A DNA stretch of 64,000 nucleotides from Candidatus Latescibacterota bacterium (lineage in GTDB: Bacteria; Latescibacterota; UBA2968; GCA-2709665): assembly GCA_965203805.1 (NCBI GenBank), contig OZ241917.1, positions 4,192,001-4,256,000 of the forward strand, given 5' to 3'. Position numbers and translations under genes: made by a program. Below, in pieces: positions 32,701 to 42,020 of the stretch (position 1 is the stretch's first letter; every line of letters begins with the position of its first letter). The notes under the pieces were generated by a model. The model did no database searches and had not been told where the DNA came from. It saw nothing but the letters and a program-made list of their open reading frames with translations.

Positions 32701-35700
32701 GGACTGGCGAAAGGGATCGATAAATCGTTGCCTCGTGACCAGTTTCAGAAAAAGCTGAAAGAAAAGCTCCAAAAGCAAATCGATCGGGATAGAGACCTTG
32801 CAGAAAACGAGCGCCAGATTCGTGAAGGCGTTGAACGCGATATTGATCGCTTTCTCAATCACCGACTAGGCCCCCTACTCGAACTCACCCGTGCTTTTGC
32901 GTCGTTTCTTGGCAGCCGTGTAGGGCAAGCGGACAGGCCGTTTACAGAGCTTGTTAACGTATGGGCGCGAGTCCGAACCAATCCGGAGGGTTATCACATT
33001 GAGTCGCAAATCAGTCGCTTCTTTCACCTGCTTGGAACCCGTGTGGTCATATTTGCCCTGTGGGCGCGCAGAGACATCAGGGCAGCCTCCGCAAGATTCT
33101 TACTGAAACACCTGCATCAGTCGAATAACCTGCCCCCGTCAACGCTGATTGAAATCATTGCAACCGTCGCGAGAAGGCCTCGGTTCGGTGTAATCTCTGG
33201 AGAGCAGGCGGTTAGAGCAAGGTCTCTGATCGAACGCGAGGACGACGTCAACACCCGCACGGTGTTATTCGCGAAACTGGCGCGAGCTATTCTACCAGTA
33301 AGCGCAGACGAAGCAGCTGAGTATTTTCGGACAGGGCTCGAACAGCTGGATGCGATTGGCTCTGGTGACTATGACTTCACGAACGCGCTTCTCCAATTCG
33401 CGTCTGCCATAAAGGGCGATGAACTCTCGGAAGAGAGTTTTCATACTTTCACTAATATATGTGAACTCAATACACTCTATAATGAGGAGGAGAAGTTTAC
33501 GTGGGCAACCTTCGGAACAGCTATGTCGAAGGTCTCAGGCCCGCGCGGACTTACAAAGCTCTCACGTTGGCATGATCGAGGCAAGGTTAGCCTGAAGTAC
33601 ACGTTGCTTCCATACCTAGCCGCTCTCTTGAGGGACGGGAAGATCGACCCAGAAGATGCCGTAGCGCTCAATTGTCTGGCAGATCCTGCTGAGCTTTGGG
33701 CATGCAATACTGAGACATTTGCGAACATTATACATAAGGGACGTTTTTCCAACGCCGAAATTCTCATTACGGAGTCTGTACAGCAATACGAGGCGAACAA
33801 TCCACTCTTTCCTTCGGCAAACATACTGAAAACGCTGGCTGCTATCGCAGGCGATGTCTTCGGCAAACGGCACGCGAAGACAAAGAACCTAATGAGAACA
33901 CATCGACGAATCAGCGAGGTCAATCACGATCTAAACCGACAGCAAGATTACAATCCAGCAGGCGGTGTACGGCTTGGAGAATTGGCCGACGATGCCCAGC
34001 AGAAATCAATCCAGGCGCGAGATACCGCCGCGAAAACTAACCCTCTAGACGAAGATTCCCTACGGAACGCTATCAGTCAGATGAAGGACGCGAGATTCTC
34101 TGGCGAGCTTAAGTCGGAATTCTTCCGTAGGCTTCGCGCAAGAGTGCGCCTTGCGGACCGCTCAAAATACATATGGCTTGTAGCGTGTCTTGAAGAGCTG
34201 GATACGTACGCCAAATTCGAGGAACTGGCGGAGTGCAAGAGTGCTTGGTCAGCCAGTTCCGCCGGTTTGAACTCCCTCTACAAGACTCTCGCGACACCCA
34301 TACTCGATATTCATGCCGAAGACTTGCTGGATTTCGGAAGACTTTCCACCTATCAACTCAAGAATGTATCGGACCTTACAGGCGTGCCCGTGGGGGCGCT
34401 GGCCATCGAACTTGCTAACGTCTTTTCAATGGCGGATTGGACCGTACCCTCATCAGCATGGTTGGGACTTGCCTCCATTATTTGTAAGGATGCAGACAAG
34501 GGACAAGGTCAGAAGGCCCTGAGAAATCTATTCAATAGCGCTCCCGCGAGAATGACGTCGACGGTTGTGGACGGGCCATGGAAACCGGGCCTGTATCCAG
34601 CCAGCGAAGTGAGCGCTATCGCCTCGGGTCTTGTTTGGCAATTGCTCGGATCTCCTCGTGCAACCGACCGTTGGCGTGCTGCGCACAGCGTTCGATGCTT
34701 CGCAAGGATGGGTCGCTGGGAAGTCATTGATGCGCTCGCGCACAAGCTGCCGTCGATGGATTCGAAGGGGTACGGTGCGCCGGAACTGCCGTTCTATTAC
34801 CTTCATGCGCGACTGTGGTTGCTTATATCGCTTGCTAGGATTGCCCTTGATTTCCCTGAGGAGATAGCGAATTATCGAGAGAAACTTATGTGTTTCGCTC
34901 TTGACGACTCTCACCCCCACGTCGTAATTCGACACTTCGCCAAGGAAGCCATTCTTGCTTGTGATAGAGCCGGTGCATTATCACTTTCTCAGAAACAGCG
35001 CGAACAGCTGCGAACTGTGAATGATTCTCCGTTTCCGCACCGAATCAATCGAGGGAGGCGTTACGACAGGGCTGATTTTTATAAACGACATTCAGACGAT
35101 GGTTCAAATCCAGATGACAGGTTCTTTGTAGATTGGGACTTTGACAAGTATGATGTCCACGACCTTGCCAATGTCTTCGCTCAACAGGGCTGGGCCGTAA
35201 GGAACCTCATCTCGGACGAAGTTCACAGGCTCGATCCTTCCGTGACTAGCATGTACGACGATGCAGACCGCGAGATTCCCTTTCGCCGTCCCTCAGCTGG
35301 ATTGACTTCAAGTATTGATGTTTATGGACAATACCTCGCATGGCATGCGCTTGGTTTCGTTTCAGCATACCTGCTTTCACAGCATCCCATCGCAGAAGAC
35401 CAGGAACATTGCGAGCGCTGGACAAGTTGGCTTTCAAACAAACTACTAACACGTAGCGATGGCCTATGGCTTTCAGATGGAATGGACCGTCAACCGTTAA
35501 GTGTAAAAGTCAATTTACTTAATAAAGGAGAAGAAGGACTCGTGCTGACTGGCGACCGGAAAAAGCTAACAGGCTTGGTAGGGATCGATGGTCCGACAGT
35601 CGGTCGTGAACTTGTCGTCGAAGGCGATTGGAAATCGCACGACGGGATCGACGTTCAAATCAGCTCTGCTTTAGTAAATCTAGGCAAGGGTAGAAAGCTC

Positions 35701-36258
35701 GCCAAAGAACTCCTTGAGAAAAACGACGCGTTTTCCATGTGGCTCCCAACGTTAAATTACGATGGCGAAGAGAACGAGCCCTTCCTTACCGAAGAGAACG
35801 AGTATATGCCTTGGATCGTTAGTCCGACATACGAAGGAGAAAAGCTTGATCGATATGATCCCCTAAGCGTTATTACTGTCGAACGACGTCCCCGCTTTGC
35901 GGCAAGCGTCGCCGAGAAATTCTCACTTAAGCCTGGCGATCACTTCGGACGAAAATGGCTGTTGCCAAGAAGAAAGATTGCTGCGACAACAGATTCGTGG
36001 GGCTTCGAGATACCCTATGAGGACGGCGGCCAGAGGTGTGCGAGGCTTGTTTGCAGGACGGAGTTTCTCAGCAGAGTGCTGGAATGGAAAAAGGCCGATC
36101 TCATATTAATGATCAAACTCAGCCGATATGTTGAAGGAGACCGGGTCAATCGGAAAAGTCGATTTTCTAAAACTGTCGCCGTTTTGCGGGTTAGAAAGGA
36201 TCTGACGTTCGAGTATTTCGCCGGTCCCGTGAATCAAGTAAAACAGTCGGGTTTCTGA
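29770..36258 (+). CDS. avs3a: Avs3-like antiviral STAND NTPase (PD-(D/E)xK nuclease, NACHT, TPR sensor), 2162 aa
   Basis: N-terminus SREGHWFHEAWTARKCMQLL...IAVEG...ADLTVYYG...IQFKYS; Walker A GGIGKT; Walker B LFIDGIDN; long helical C-terminus with LGSP..DRWRAAH and FYYLHARLWLLI. Size and motifs match Avs3a as I recall it. Confidence 0.82.
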   Translation: MPTNADVRDTTRASREGHWFHEAWTARKCMQLLLPKDGLIGIAVEGLSEEDQSRASAAAVQIADLTVYYGKDSRFQAADRVETIQFKYSPKLAEKPFRASDAKKTLEKFAESYRDYKKNYGPVAVTKKLSFELITNRPIFPPLHLAIDGIAVGRRLTGRAKAQGEQFERATGLTGKHLAEFANKCRISGLAGTLLGTETDLWKIVVDWSATVDAQAAVRLGAMKHMVARKARYDAQNQKVIRQVDVLDVLGLSGVDELLPCPESLARVDHVVEREQLAEAVSLVPAITKPLIVSADGGIGKTVFLQSLASQLSHQHEVVFFDCFGGGAYRSPEDGRHLPYRGLVHIANILACRGLCDPILPGSENTEMLFGRFRKRLKQCVRTLNAVSPGRELILFIDGIDNAAEYAIERGQQSFPTRLLESVHLSGPIPRVKIVASGRTHRIKEHISDVLYQEFELHSFTFPETTSYVCSRMADVTTTEINVAQSRSEGNVRILEHLVTSDRGLLDPSEIDNPIVLDELLNERIETALEEAIRLGYKEQDINAFLAGLSVLPPPVPLDEYAGAYGMNVGAIRSFAADLAPLLDRTQQGMIFRDEPTETLVRESYGTDTRALKRVARNLLARQAESVYAAQALPGLLQKLGDGEKLFGLAFDERLPPTITSTIGQRRIRYVRLKSAVLFAANAGDNNSLVRLLVELSTIAGSDQRGAAYILENPDLVVHAREADALRRLYETRTSWPGSRHARLTIASVLSGDLDDASRHYASAFDWIRHDIESARDNDHSRQRPEQIDHASIPFFRVAQGRQRRAIRFMGIWYPWYAFEISGQFFELCRQAIRRDPEFRPQLDAFLDALTSQIGLLAGAMSFVDLSDERSQELLGKLAKVCKRTTNVKTAGGYTEERRHELPDGLRKAAAIAASFGMAEEALGISLRAPHARPRVWSMVDLYSDGELLPFLFRVALRAAVTSTEVHQRDILPSELYGLAKGIDKSLPRDQFQKKLKEKLQKQIDRDRDLAENERQIREGVERDIDRFLNHRLGPLLELTRAFASFLGSRVGQADRPFTELVNVWARVRTNPEGYHIESQISRFFHLLGTRVVIFALWARRDIRAASARFLLKHLHQSNNLPPSTLIEIIATVARRPRFGVISGEQAVRARSLIEREDDVNTRTVLFAKLARAILPVSADEAAEYFRTGLEQLDAIGSGDYDFTNALLQFASAIKGDELSEESFHTFTNICELNTLYNEEEKFTWATFGTAMSKVSGPRGLTKLSRWHDRGKVSLKYTLLPYLAALLRDGKIDPEDAVALNCLADPAELWACNTETFANIIHKGRFSNAEILITESVQQYEANNPLFPSANILKTLAAIAGDVFGKRHAKTKNLMRTHRRISEVNHDLNRQQDYNPAGGVRLGELADDAQQKSIQARDTAAKTNPLDEDSLRNAISQMKDARFSGELKSEFFRRLRARVRLADRSKYIWLVACLEELDTYAKFEELAECKSAWSASSAGLNSLYKTLATPILDIHAEDLLDFGRLSTYQLKNVSDLTGVPVGALAIELANVFSMADWTVPSSAWLGLASIICKDADKGQGQKALRNLFNSAPARMTSTVVDGPWKPGLYPASEVSAIASGLVWQLLGSPRATDRWRAAHSVRCFARMGRWEVIDALAHKLPSMDSKGYGAPELPFYYLHARLWLLISLARIALDFPEEIANYREKLMCFALDDSHPHVVIRHFAKEAILACDRAGALSLSQKQREQLRTVNDSPFPHRINRGRRYDRADFYKRHSDDGSNPDDRFFVDWDFDKYDVHDLANVFAQQGWAVRNLISDEVHRLDPSVTSMYDDADREIPFRRPSAGLTSSIDVYGQYLAWHALGFVSAYLLSQHPIAEDQEHCERWTSWLSNKLLTRSDGLWLSDGMDRQPLSVKVNLLNKGEEGLVLTGDRKKLTGLVGIDGPTVGRELVVEGDWKSHDGIDVQISSALVNLGKGRKLAKELLEKNDAFSMWLPTLNYDGEENEPFLTEENEYMPWIVSPTYEGEKLDRYDPLSVITVERRPRFAASVAEKFSLKPGDHFGRKWLLPRRKIAATTDSWGFEIPYEDGGQRCARLVCRTEFLSRVLEWKKADLILMIKLSRYVEGDRVNRKSRFSKTVAVLRVRKDLTFEYFAGPVNQVKQSGF

Positions 36259-36372
36259 CCGTACCCAGTTCTATCGTGGACATTACGCCGCTTTCGTCCG
36301 GCGAGTTCTTGAGGTGCAACAAGGAAATGTGCAATGAAATAGTGGCTGCATCAATCCTTCTAGGAGACGCCC

Positions 36373-37143
36373 ATGCTTACGCAAGCGCAGTTGGCGCAAT
36401 ACGACCGGGACGGGTTCGTGCTGGTGCGGGGACTGATTCCGGAAGGGACGATTGCGAGCGCGGAGGCGGCGATGTGGTCTGTCCTAGGCATGGACCGGGA
36501 CGATCGAGCTTCGTGGTCTCCGTTGCCCGGGGACTCAGATGGGGTGACGACCGTCGGCAGCCAGGGGGTGATTGAACACTTCGGGCTCAAGGACCACGCG
36601 TTAATGGCCTGTTATACTCCCACATTCGATGAAGTGCAGAGCCAACTTGCCGGGAAAAACGCGGATGCATTTCACTGTCCGAAACCGCAGCCGGAGGCGG
36701 TTTGGACGCGCAGTGTCTTTCCGGTTTCGGATAGCTGGAATCATCACAGCGGGCATGCCGATGGCCAACATCGACCATTCGATGTCTTTCCGGGGTCCTT
36801 CCGCGTCTCGTCCCTGACGTATCTCGATTCCGGCGTCGCGCAGGGCGGCGGAACCGTGGTCTGGCCTGGATCGCACCGGACGCTGGGCGACGCTGCGACG
36901 AAGGATCCCGGAAGGTATCGTACGCTGTCTGACTTTGAGAGACCGACCCGGAAGTTCGACTTGGGCGATCCGATTGAGATGAGGCCGTCCCGGGGAGAAG
37001 TACTCTTTTTTCACTATCTGCTTGTTCACGCCGGATCGCTCAATACAGGTCACAAACCGCGTTTCGCGCTACGGTGGATGTGCACGTGCGACACGTGCCG
37101 CATCTGGGAAAAGTACGGCAAGTGGAATATTTGGATGCCTTGA
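36373..37143 (+). CDS. PhyH family dioxygenase
   Basis: YDRDGFVLV, HADG, GGTVVWPGSH, LVHAG; AGGAG RBS. Confidence 0.85.
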   Translation: MLTQAQLAQYDRDGFVLVRGLIPEGTIASAEAAMWSVLGMDRDDRASWSPLPGDSDGVTTVGSQGVIEHFGLKDHALMACYTPTFDEVQSQLAGKNADAFHCPKPQPEAVWTRSVFPVSDSWNHHSGHADGQHRPFDVFPGSFRVSSLTYLDSGVAQGGGTVVWPGSHRTLGDAATKDPGRYRTLSDFERPTRKFDLGDPIEMRPSRGEVLFFHYLLVHAGSLNTGHKPRFALRWMCTCDTCRIWEKYGKWNIWMP

Positions 37144-37186
37144 AGGTGGGGGCGTCGGGCAGCGAAACGGTGGCATTTCGACAAGC

Positions 37187-38194
37187 TCAGCGTCCACATA
37201 GAATTCGTTCGACTTGATTCTCGTCGAGAAAATCTAATGCGTTACGTAATACGGAGTCGCACTGTCCTGGTGGCTGAGCCGGTAATAGTTCGAACCACGG
37301 TTCTGCATAGTCGGCCCTGACTTGCAGTAAAGGAGACCTGAGCAAGGGTAATGCCGGATGACGACCAGATAACATATGGGAGGGGGTCACGTCATAAGCA
37401 AAGTGCAGCATAGGAGTCTTGTTTGCTCCATTGTACAAAACAGTCGGCCTGGCTGACACACAGACATCCGAGTTACCTGCGGCTATAGCAATCATGTAGC
37501 CTAATGTGCCGTGAACCAGTCTTGCCGCCTCTTCGCCTGGAGATTCAGTTTCCTCCAACAAAAAGCTGATCGTATCGCTGGTTTCGGCATTCTCCATTTC
37601 CATTGAAGCAGTCAAGAACTGCCGCATTTGTCGCCTATCGCTAGCCCCATAGAGCTTGGACTCCACCGTGAGCATCAGAAGCCACGGTTGCCATGCATCT
37701 TGGCGATCAGCATCAAAGAGGCGCCTAAGGGCATGGGCTCTGTTTTGGACACTTAAGTTACCGCGTTCATATGGCAGAAATTTGCCATAGTAGTCAAGGT
37801 AAATGACGTCAAAATCCCATATGTACCCCGCGTCGGTCCGGAAAGTGGTTGAGACAAATTCCGAAGGTGGCTTCCCGCTCTTGTTTCTCAATATGATCTT
37901 GTCGACGTCACCCAAATGGGCTCGATGGCGTATGCTACTAAACTGAGTCCTTAGAACATGCTTAACAGACTGAAACCTTTCACTGCTGAATTCTACGGCG
38001 GCTATGTACTCGCAGAGGCGGCCCCAGCAGCGCAAGTCCAACGCTTCCTCACCAGGCAAGCCGAAATATCTGATTTTACCCTTCTTTCGACGTACTGCTG
38101 CCTCGACCAACGGTTGATCATACTTTTCTCTAACTACGTTTTTTTCTGCACTGGAATAGTAGCTCTTTCCTTGACGACTGGGGCTTCTTCCCAT
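37187..38194 (-). CDS. Rossmann SAM-methyltransferase-like protein (last gene of the MORC/radical-SAM cluster)
   Basis: RYFGLPG (motif I-like), IAAVE (acidic end of strand 2), HLGDV, FDVIYLDYYG (motif IV-like); GGGAGG RBS within 8 nt of the upstream stop. Confidence 0.6.
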   Translation of the reverse strand: MGRSPSRQGKSYYSSAEKNVVREKYDQPLVEAAVRRKKGKIRYFGLPGEEALDLRCWGRLCEYIAAVEFSSERFQSVKHVLRTQFSSIRHRAHLGDVDKIILRNKSGKPPSEFVSTTFRTDAGYIWDFDVIYLDYYGKFLPYERGNLSVQNRAHALRRLFDADRQDAWQPWLLMLTVESKLYGASDRRQMRQFLTASMEMENAETSDTISFLLEETESPGEEAARLVHGTLGYMIAIAAGNSDVCVSARPTVLYNGANKTPMLHFAYDVTPSHMLSGRHPALPLLRSPLLQVRADYAEPWFELLPAQPPGQCDSVLRNALDFLDENQVERILCGR

Positions 38195-38202
38195 TGCCTC
38201 CC

Positions 38203-40065
38203 TTAGCTCCCTATTTCCTCGGCAATCGCTTCAACAATAGCTCGTAGCACTGTTTCATATCCCTCACCTCTCCCACCCATTCCAATCACCAGACCTCGGT
38301 CGATTGCTTTTACAAGGGCATCCTCAGGCGTGCTTTCTAGCGAAACACCATGCTGTGCCAACGCCTCTCCCAGTGACACTGGTGCTAAGGGTGACCAACC
38401 CAGTAGGGTTCTCAACTCCCTACGAGAGGACTCCAATTCGGGACGAAGGTCGACACCTGTTGCCTTAAGTTCGTCAAGAACCCCTATGGCTCTCGTAACT
38501 GACCTAGTATTGATCGAGGATACCAAAGCCTCTGCCGCTTTCTTATATTGAACATCGCGAGTCTCTTCGGCTATCCGCAGTGCAATGCTGAGTGCGTTCT
38601 TTAATAACATCTCTTGAGGAGGAGGTTGGGTAACTTTGCGTCGTTTTCGTTCTGTACTCCTTTGTGCGGCCCTAGCGACACCTCCCAATTGGCTGATAGC
38701 CGACTGAAGTCTGCTGATTACGTCGTCCAAGAGACCCTGTTGTACGTCATCAAATTGGACTCGCGGCCGTCCGCGTGGCTTTCGCTTATGGGTCGCGATC
38801 TGTTGATGCACGTTCTCAAGTTCTTTGCGATAGTTTTCACTGTTCCTATAGACCTCGTAGCTGTCTGAATTCGGTGCATCCTTTTGTTTCCGTAGCTGTT
38901 CGATGGTGGTGTCGATTCCCTCAAGTAGCCGGTCTGCCCTAATCATCGCCTGCATAGCGCGAGCCTTGCGACTGAGAGGATAAAAGAAATCTTCTGCTTG
39001 CTTTGCGAAAAGTTGCCTGGCTGGGCTGGATTCTAGGTCATTCCGCGCAGCATTAGGAAAGATCTGATCAGTTACCAATATGTGGACTTCCCCCGTATAG
39101 TGATGGTATAGAGTTCCTCCCCCAACGGCGGGCCAAAGCCCTTTGAGCGCAAGCCTATCCCCTAAAGTGAACCCCTTTACCTTTAATAGGAAGCCACTTA
39201 CTTCTGAACCCTCATGCATGGGTAGCTGCTTTCCATTAGCAGACAGTGCGTACCACACGAAGGCCAATGCTGTGCCGTCCGGTGCCTTTATCCAATTAGA
39301 TTCCGGGCTGTATACTCCTGTCGCGACTGGAGGAAATACCTCTACGTCACTCTCGTCAGCGATTCGTAGAGTAATCCGAACTGGATTTAGCCTAACGTTG
39401 TCTTCAAGCCATCCATTGACTTTTTCACCATAGCCATCTTCTGAGAAAGCCACAGGAATCGTTCTTAGAAGATAATCGTTGACCTCTGCCGCATTGTTTA
39501 ATTGCGCTCTGTATTCGTCGCCCAATCCATCTAACTCCACCACAGTAAAGTGCTCGCCGACATCGCCATAGTAAGGTTCAACGAACAATTCACTATACTG
39601 ATACATTAGGTCTGGAAGTCCAACACCCTGACGGGCATCAGAAGCTTTGTCAGCTTCAAGCAGGCGGCGCATTTCGCCAAATTGAAAGGTCCAACCAACG
39701 AGGTTTTCCATCCCGACTTTCTTGCTTGTGATCGTCATCTCTTCACATATTCCGAACGCCGAATAGATGCCAATGCCGCGATACCCGACCATTTCTCTGG
39801 GGCTTTTTTCAGACATTCCAAATCGCCGAGCGACCCGGATCCCCTCCTGATTCATGCCGTAGCCATCATCTCTAATCACAGCTTGGGAGCCATCAACCGT
39901 AATGAGAATGTGACCGGCTTCAGCATCCACCCCGTTTTGGACATATTCCCTGAGTGCATCTTTCGCGTCGGAGTACAGGCCTCGTGAAAGGATGTCCAAT
40001 AGCTCCCCGCCTACCTCCCAACTCTCTAGCTGAACTCGCCGCGTTTGGCGTTCACTTTGATTCAT
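38203..40065 (-). CDS. MORC/GHKL (HATPase_c_3) ATPase no. 2 with helical C-terminus
   Basis: LREYVQNGVDA, DDGYGM, GYRGIG; S5-like GFLLKVKGFTLG...GEVHI...PNAARNDLE. Confidence 0.88.
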   Translation of the reverse strand: MNQSERQTRRVQLESWEVGGELLDILSRGLYSDAKDALREYVQNGVDAEAGHILITVDGSQAVIRDDGYGMNQEGIRVARRFGMSEKSPREMVGYRGIGIYSAFGICEEMTITSKKVGMENLVGWTFQFGEMRRLLEADKASDARQGVGLPDLMYQYSELFVEPYYGDVGEHFTVVELDGLGDEYRAQLNNAAEVNDYLLRTIPVAFSEDGYGEKVNGWLEDNVRLNPVRITLRIADESDVEVFPPVATGVYSPESNWIKAPDGTALAFVWYALSANGKQLPMHEGSEVSGFLLKVKGFTLGDRLALKGLWPAVGGGTLYHHYTGEVHILVTDQIFPNAARNDLESSPARQLFAKQAEDFFYPLSRKARAMQAMIRADRLLEGIDTTIEQLRKQKDAPNSDSYEVYRNSENYRKELENVHQQIATHKRKPRGRPRVQFDDVQQGLLDDVISRLQSAISQLGGVARAAQRSTERKRRKVTQPPPQEMLLKNALSIALRIAEETRDVQYKKAAEALVSSINTRSVTRAIGVLDELKATGVDLRPELESSRRELRTLLGWSPLAPVSLGEALAQHGVSLESTPEDALVKAIDRGLVIGMGGRGEGYETVLRAIVEAIAEEIGS

Positions 40066-40451
40066 ATGGCAGGCCTCTGTAGCTTGTGAAATTCAGGAAT
40101 CTCGGATTGAGATTTCCGACCAACTCTTGAATTGCCGATAACAGAATCGCAGATTCGTTGAACTCGTCGTGAGTGATGTTGAAATCCAGAATTGAGACTG
40201 AAAAGCCGCCGGTCAGTTCATCTTGGACCTGCCACCACCATAGGAACGTTAGAGAATTCACCGAAACGTCCACCGAATATTCTCACTTCGATGCAGAATT
40301 CGTGATGCAACTTGGAGCACTTTCCGTTCAGGCGAAGACTGAATCTCTCGCAAAGACTATAAACCACCATTTACGTCAATTGGACGAAATGAACATGCAA
40401 ACCGAGCTTAATCCGCCGTGGTTTGAATGACCAACGACCTGACGGAGCCAA

Positions 40452-42020
40452 TCAGACGGACATCGACTCCATCGCGTTGTACACTTTTCGGAACGCCTTC
40501 GCTACCCGGCCCTCGCCGCCGAGATTAAAGCTCGCATTGCGAACTCTTGCATTCAATCGCCACATTAGTCCCTCAATGGAGTTGTAGTCTTGCACTGATA
40601 ACGATTTGTACTTGCGGCGATTGTAATCGAGGAAGGGGAGTAGCTTTCCATTCAAGTGATGTAGATCAAAGCCTTTTTCTTCGATATAGGGACGGTATTG
40701 CTCGAACAATGGCGTGCTTGGCACCGGAGTAAACAGCATTGGAATCACGGAGCCGACACGGCTAGAGGCAAATGTGACTGTGTCGTATACCGCTTGCAGG
40801 TCTTCGTCTGGCAGGCCGAAGAGAATGAAGCAGTTGATGTCCTGGCAACGCGACTTGAATCCGGCCTTCTCAGCATTGTTCAACGCATAGAAAAACTTGT
40901 CCATGTTTGTGTGAGTCCGTTGCCACGATTTGGCCATGTTCGCGTTGACAGTTTCTAGCGGTAAATACAACCTCTTAAAGCCTGCGTCACGCATCAGTTG
41001 GACGGTGTCTTCGTGCAGCAGGCGCACTTCTATACCCTCTGGTGCGTGTAGTTTGATCCCTTTCAAATCGCGATCGTTGCAAATGAGTCGGCAAAGCTGC
41101 TTGAAATTCTCTCTGCCGAGCAGCAGGTTGTCTTCGTAAAAACAGAATTCGCGAATTCCTTGCTCAAACCGCCGCTTGATCTCATCGTACGCGACTTCGG
41201 ATTCCCGAACCCAGATCTTTCGGCCTTCGTTCAATACGTTTGCCGAACAGTAAGAACATTTAAAGGGGCAGCCTCGACTCGTCGTCATGATGAGGTAATC
41301 GGGCAATCTCTCGCCTTCTTCACCATCTTCGACGTCCCCTGCACCGTCTCTGTCGTACAACTCGATGGCAAGTGGAAGTGGATTCGCGTCCGGTATTGTC
41401 GCGGACACTACGATATCTCGCTTCTTCTGTTCGGGGTCAAGTGGATCAAGCTCACGACCCATCACGTGCATTGGATCATTCAACCCGAGGTTCTGCATGG
41501 CGTGGTCGGGAATAAGTGTGGGATAGATTCCACCAACACGGAAAACGGCCCTTGGAAACACCTGCCGACAGACTTCAATTACGTCACGGGTACTTTCCCA
41601 CCAGTACGTCATGATCGACGATATCCATATTTCATCTGGTTCTGGAAATACTACCTCGTCGAAAGGCGATTCATTCGCACTTCGTGCACGCGCTTTTATC
41701 GCTTCGAGCCGTTTTCGCAGTTCCTCGAGCGACATGCCGAAAACGTATTCGATCTTTTCGTCGGGCTGCGATTCGTAATTCGTCCATTTATCCGGGGTGA
41801 AGGGTTCGTCTGCGGAACAGAGTTTTCGTACACAGCGCTTTCGCTTTGGCACGGTTCGCCGCTTGTTGGCCTCCATGCAGTCAATCAGCTTCAGCATGTA
41901 GCCCTTGCCCTGAAGCCACGACGCAACGCGCAACAGCCCATAGGGCATACTCCAGTTTGCCCAATACTGTACGTCGTAGACAGGCGGGCTAATCAATAAC
42001 GCTGAGGGGGAACGCTTCAA
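40452..42020 (-). CDS. Cobalamin-binding radical SAM enzyme
   Basis: B12 domain LLISPP...PYGLL...ISSIMTYW...VGGIYPT; TSRGCPFKCSYC; FYEDN; FILFGLPDE; FTPVPSTP. Start moved to TTG 42020 (GGAGGT RBS). Confidence 0.93.
   Translation of the reverse strand: MKRSPSALLISPPVYDVQYWANWSMPYGLLRVASWLQGKGYMLKLIDCMEANKRRTVPKRKRCVRKLCSADEPFTPDKWTNYESQPDEKIEYVFGMSLEELRKRLEAIKARARSANESPFDEVVFPEPDEIWISSIMTYWWESTRDVIEVCRQVFPRAVFRVGGIYPTLIPDHAMQNLGLNDPMHVMGRELDPLDPEQKKRDIVVSATIPDANPLPLAIELYDRDGAGDVEDGEEGERLPDYLIMTTSRGCPFKCSYCSANVLNEGRKIWVRESEVAYDEIKRRFEQGIREFCFYEDNLLLGRENFKQLCRLICNDRDLKGIKLHAPEGIEVRLLHEDTVQLMRDAGFKRLYLPLETVNANMAKSWQRTHTNMDKFFYALNNAEKAGFKSRCQDINCFILFGLPDEDLQAVYDTVTFASSRVGSVIPMLFTPVPSTPLFEQYRPYIEEKGFDLHHLNGKLLPFLDYNRRKYKSLSVQDYNSIEGLMWRLNARVRNASFNLGGEGRVAKAFRKVYNAMESMSV

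Noticed and set aside
40452-42020. Radical SAM as a viperin or QueE/7-deazaguanine component
   Set aside because: It has an N-terminal cobalamin-binding domain, and no dpd or que genes are nearby.
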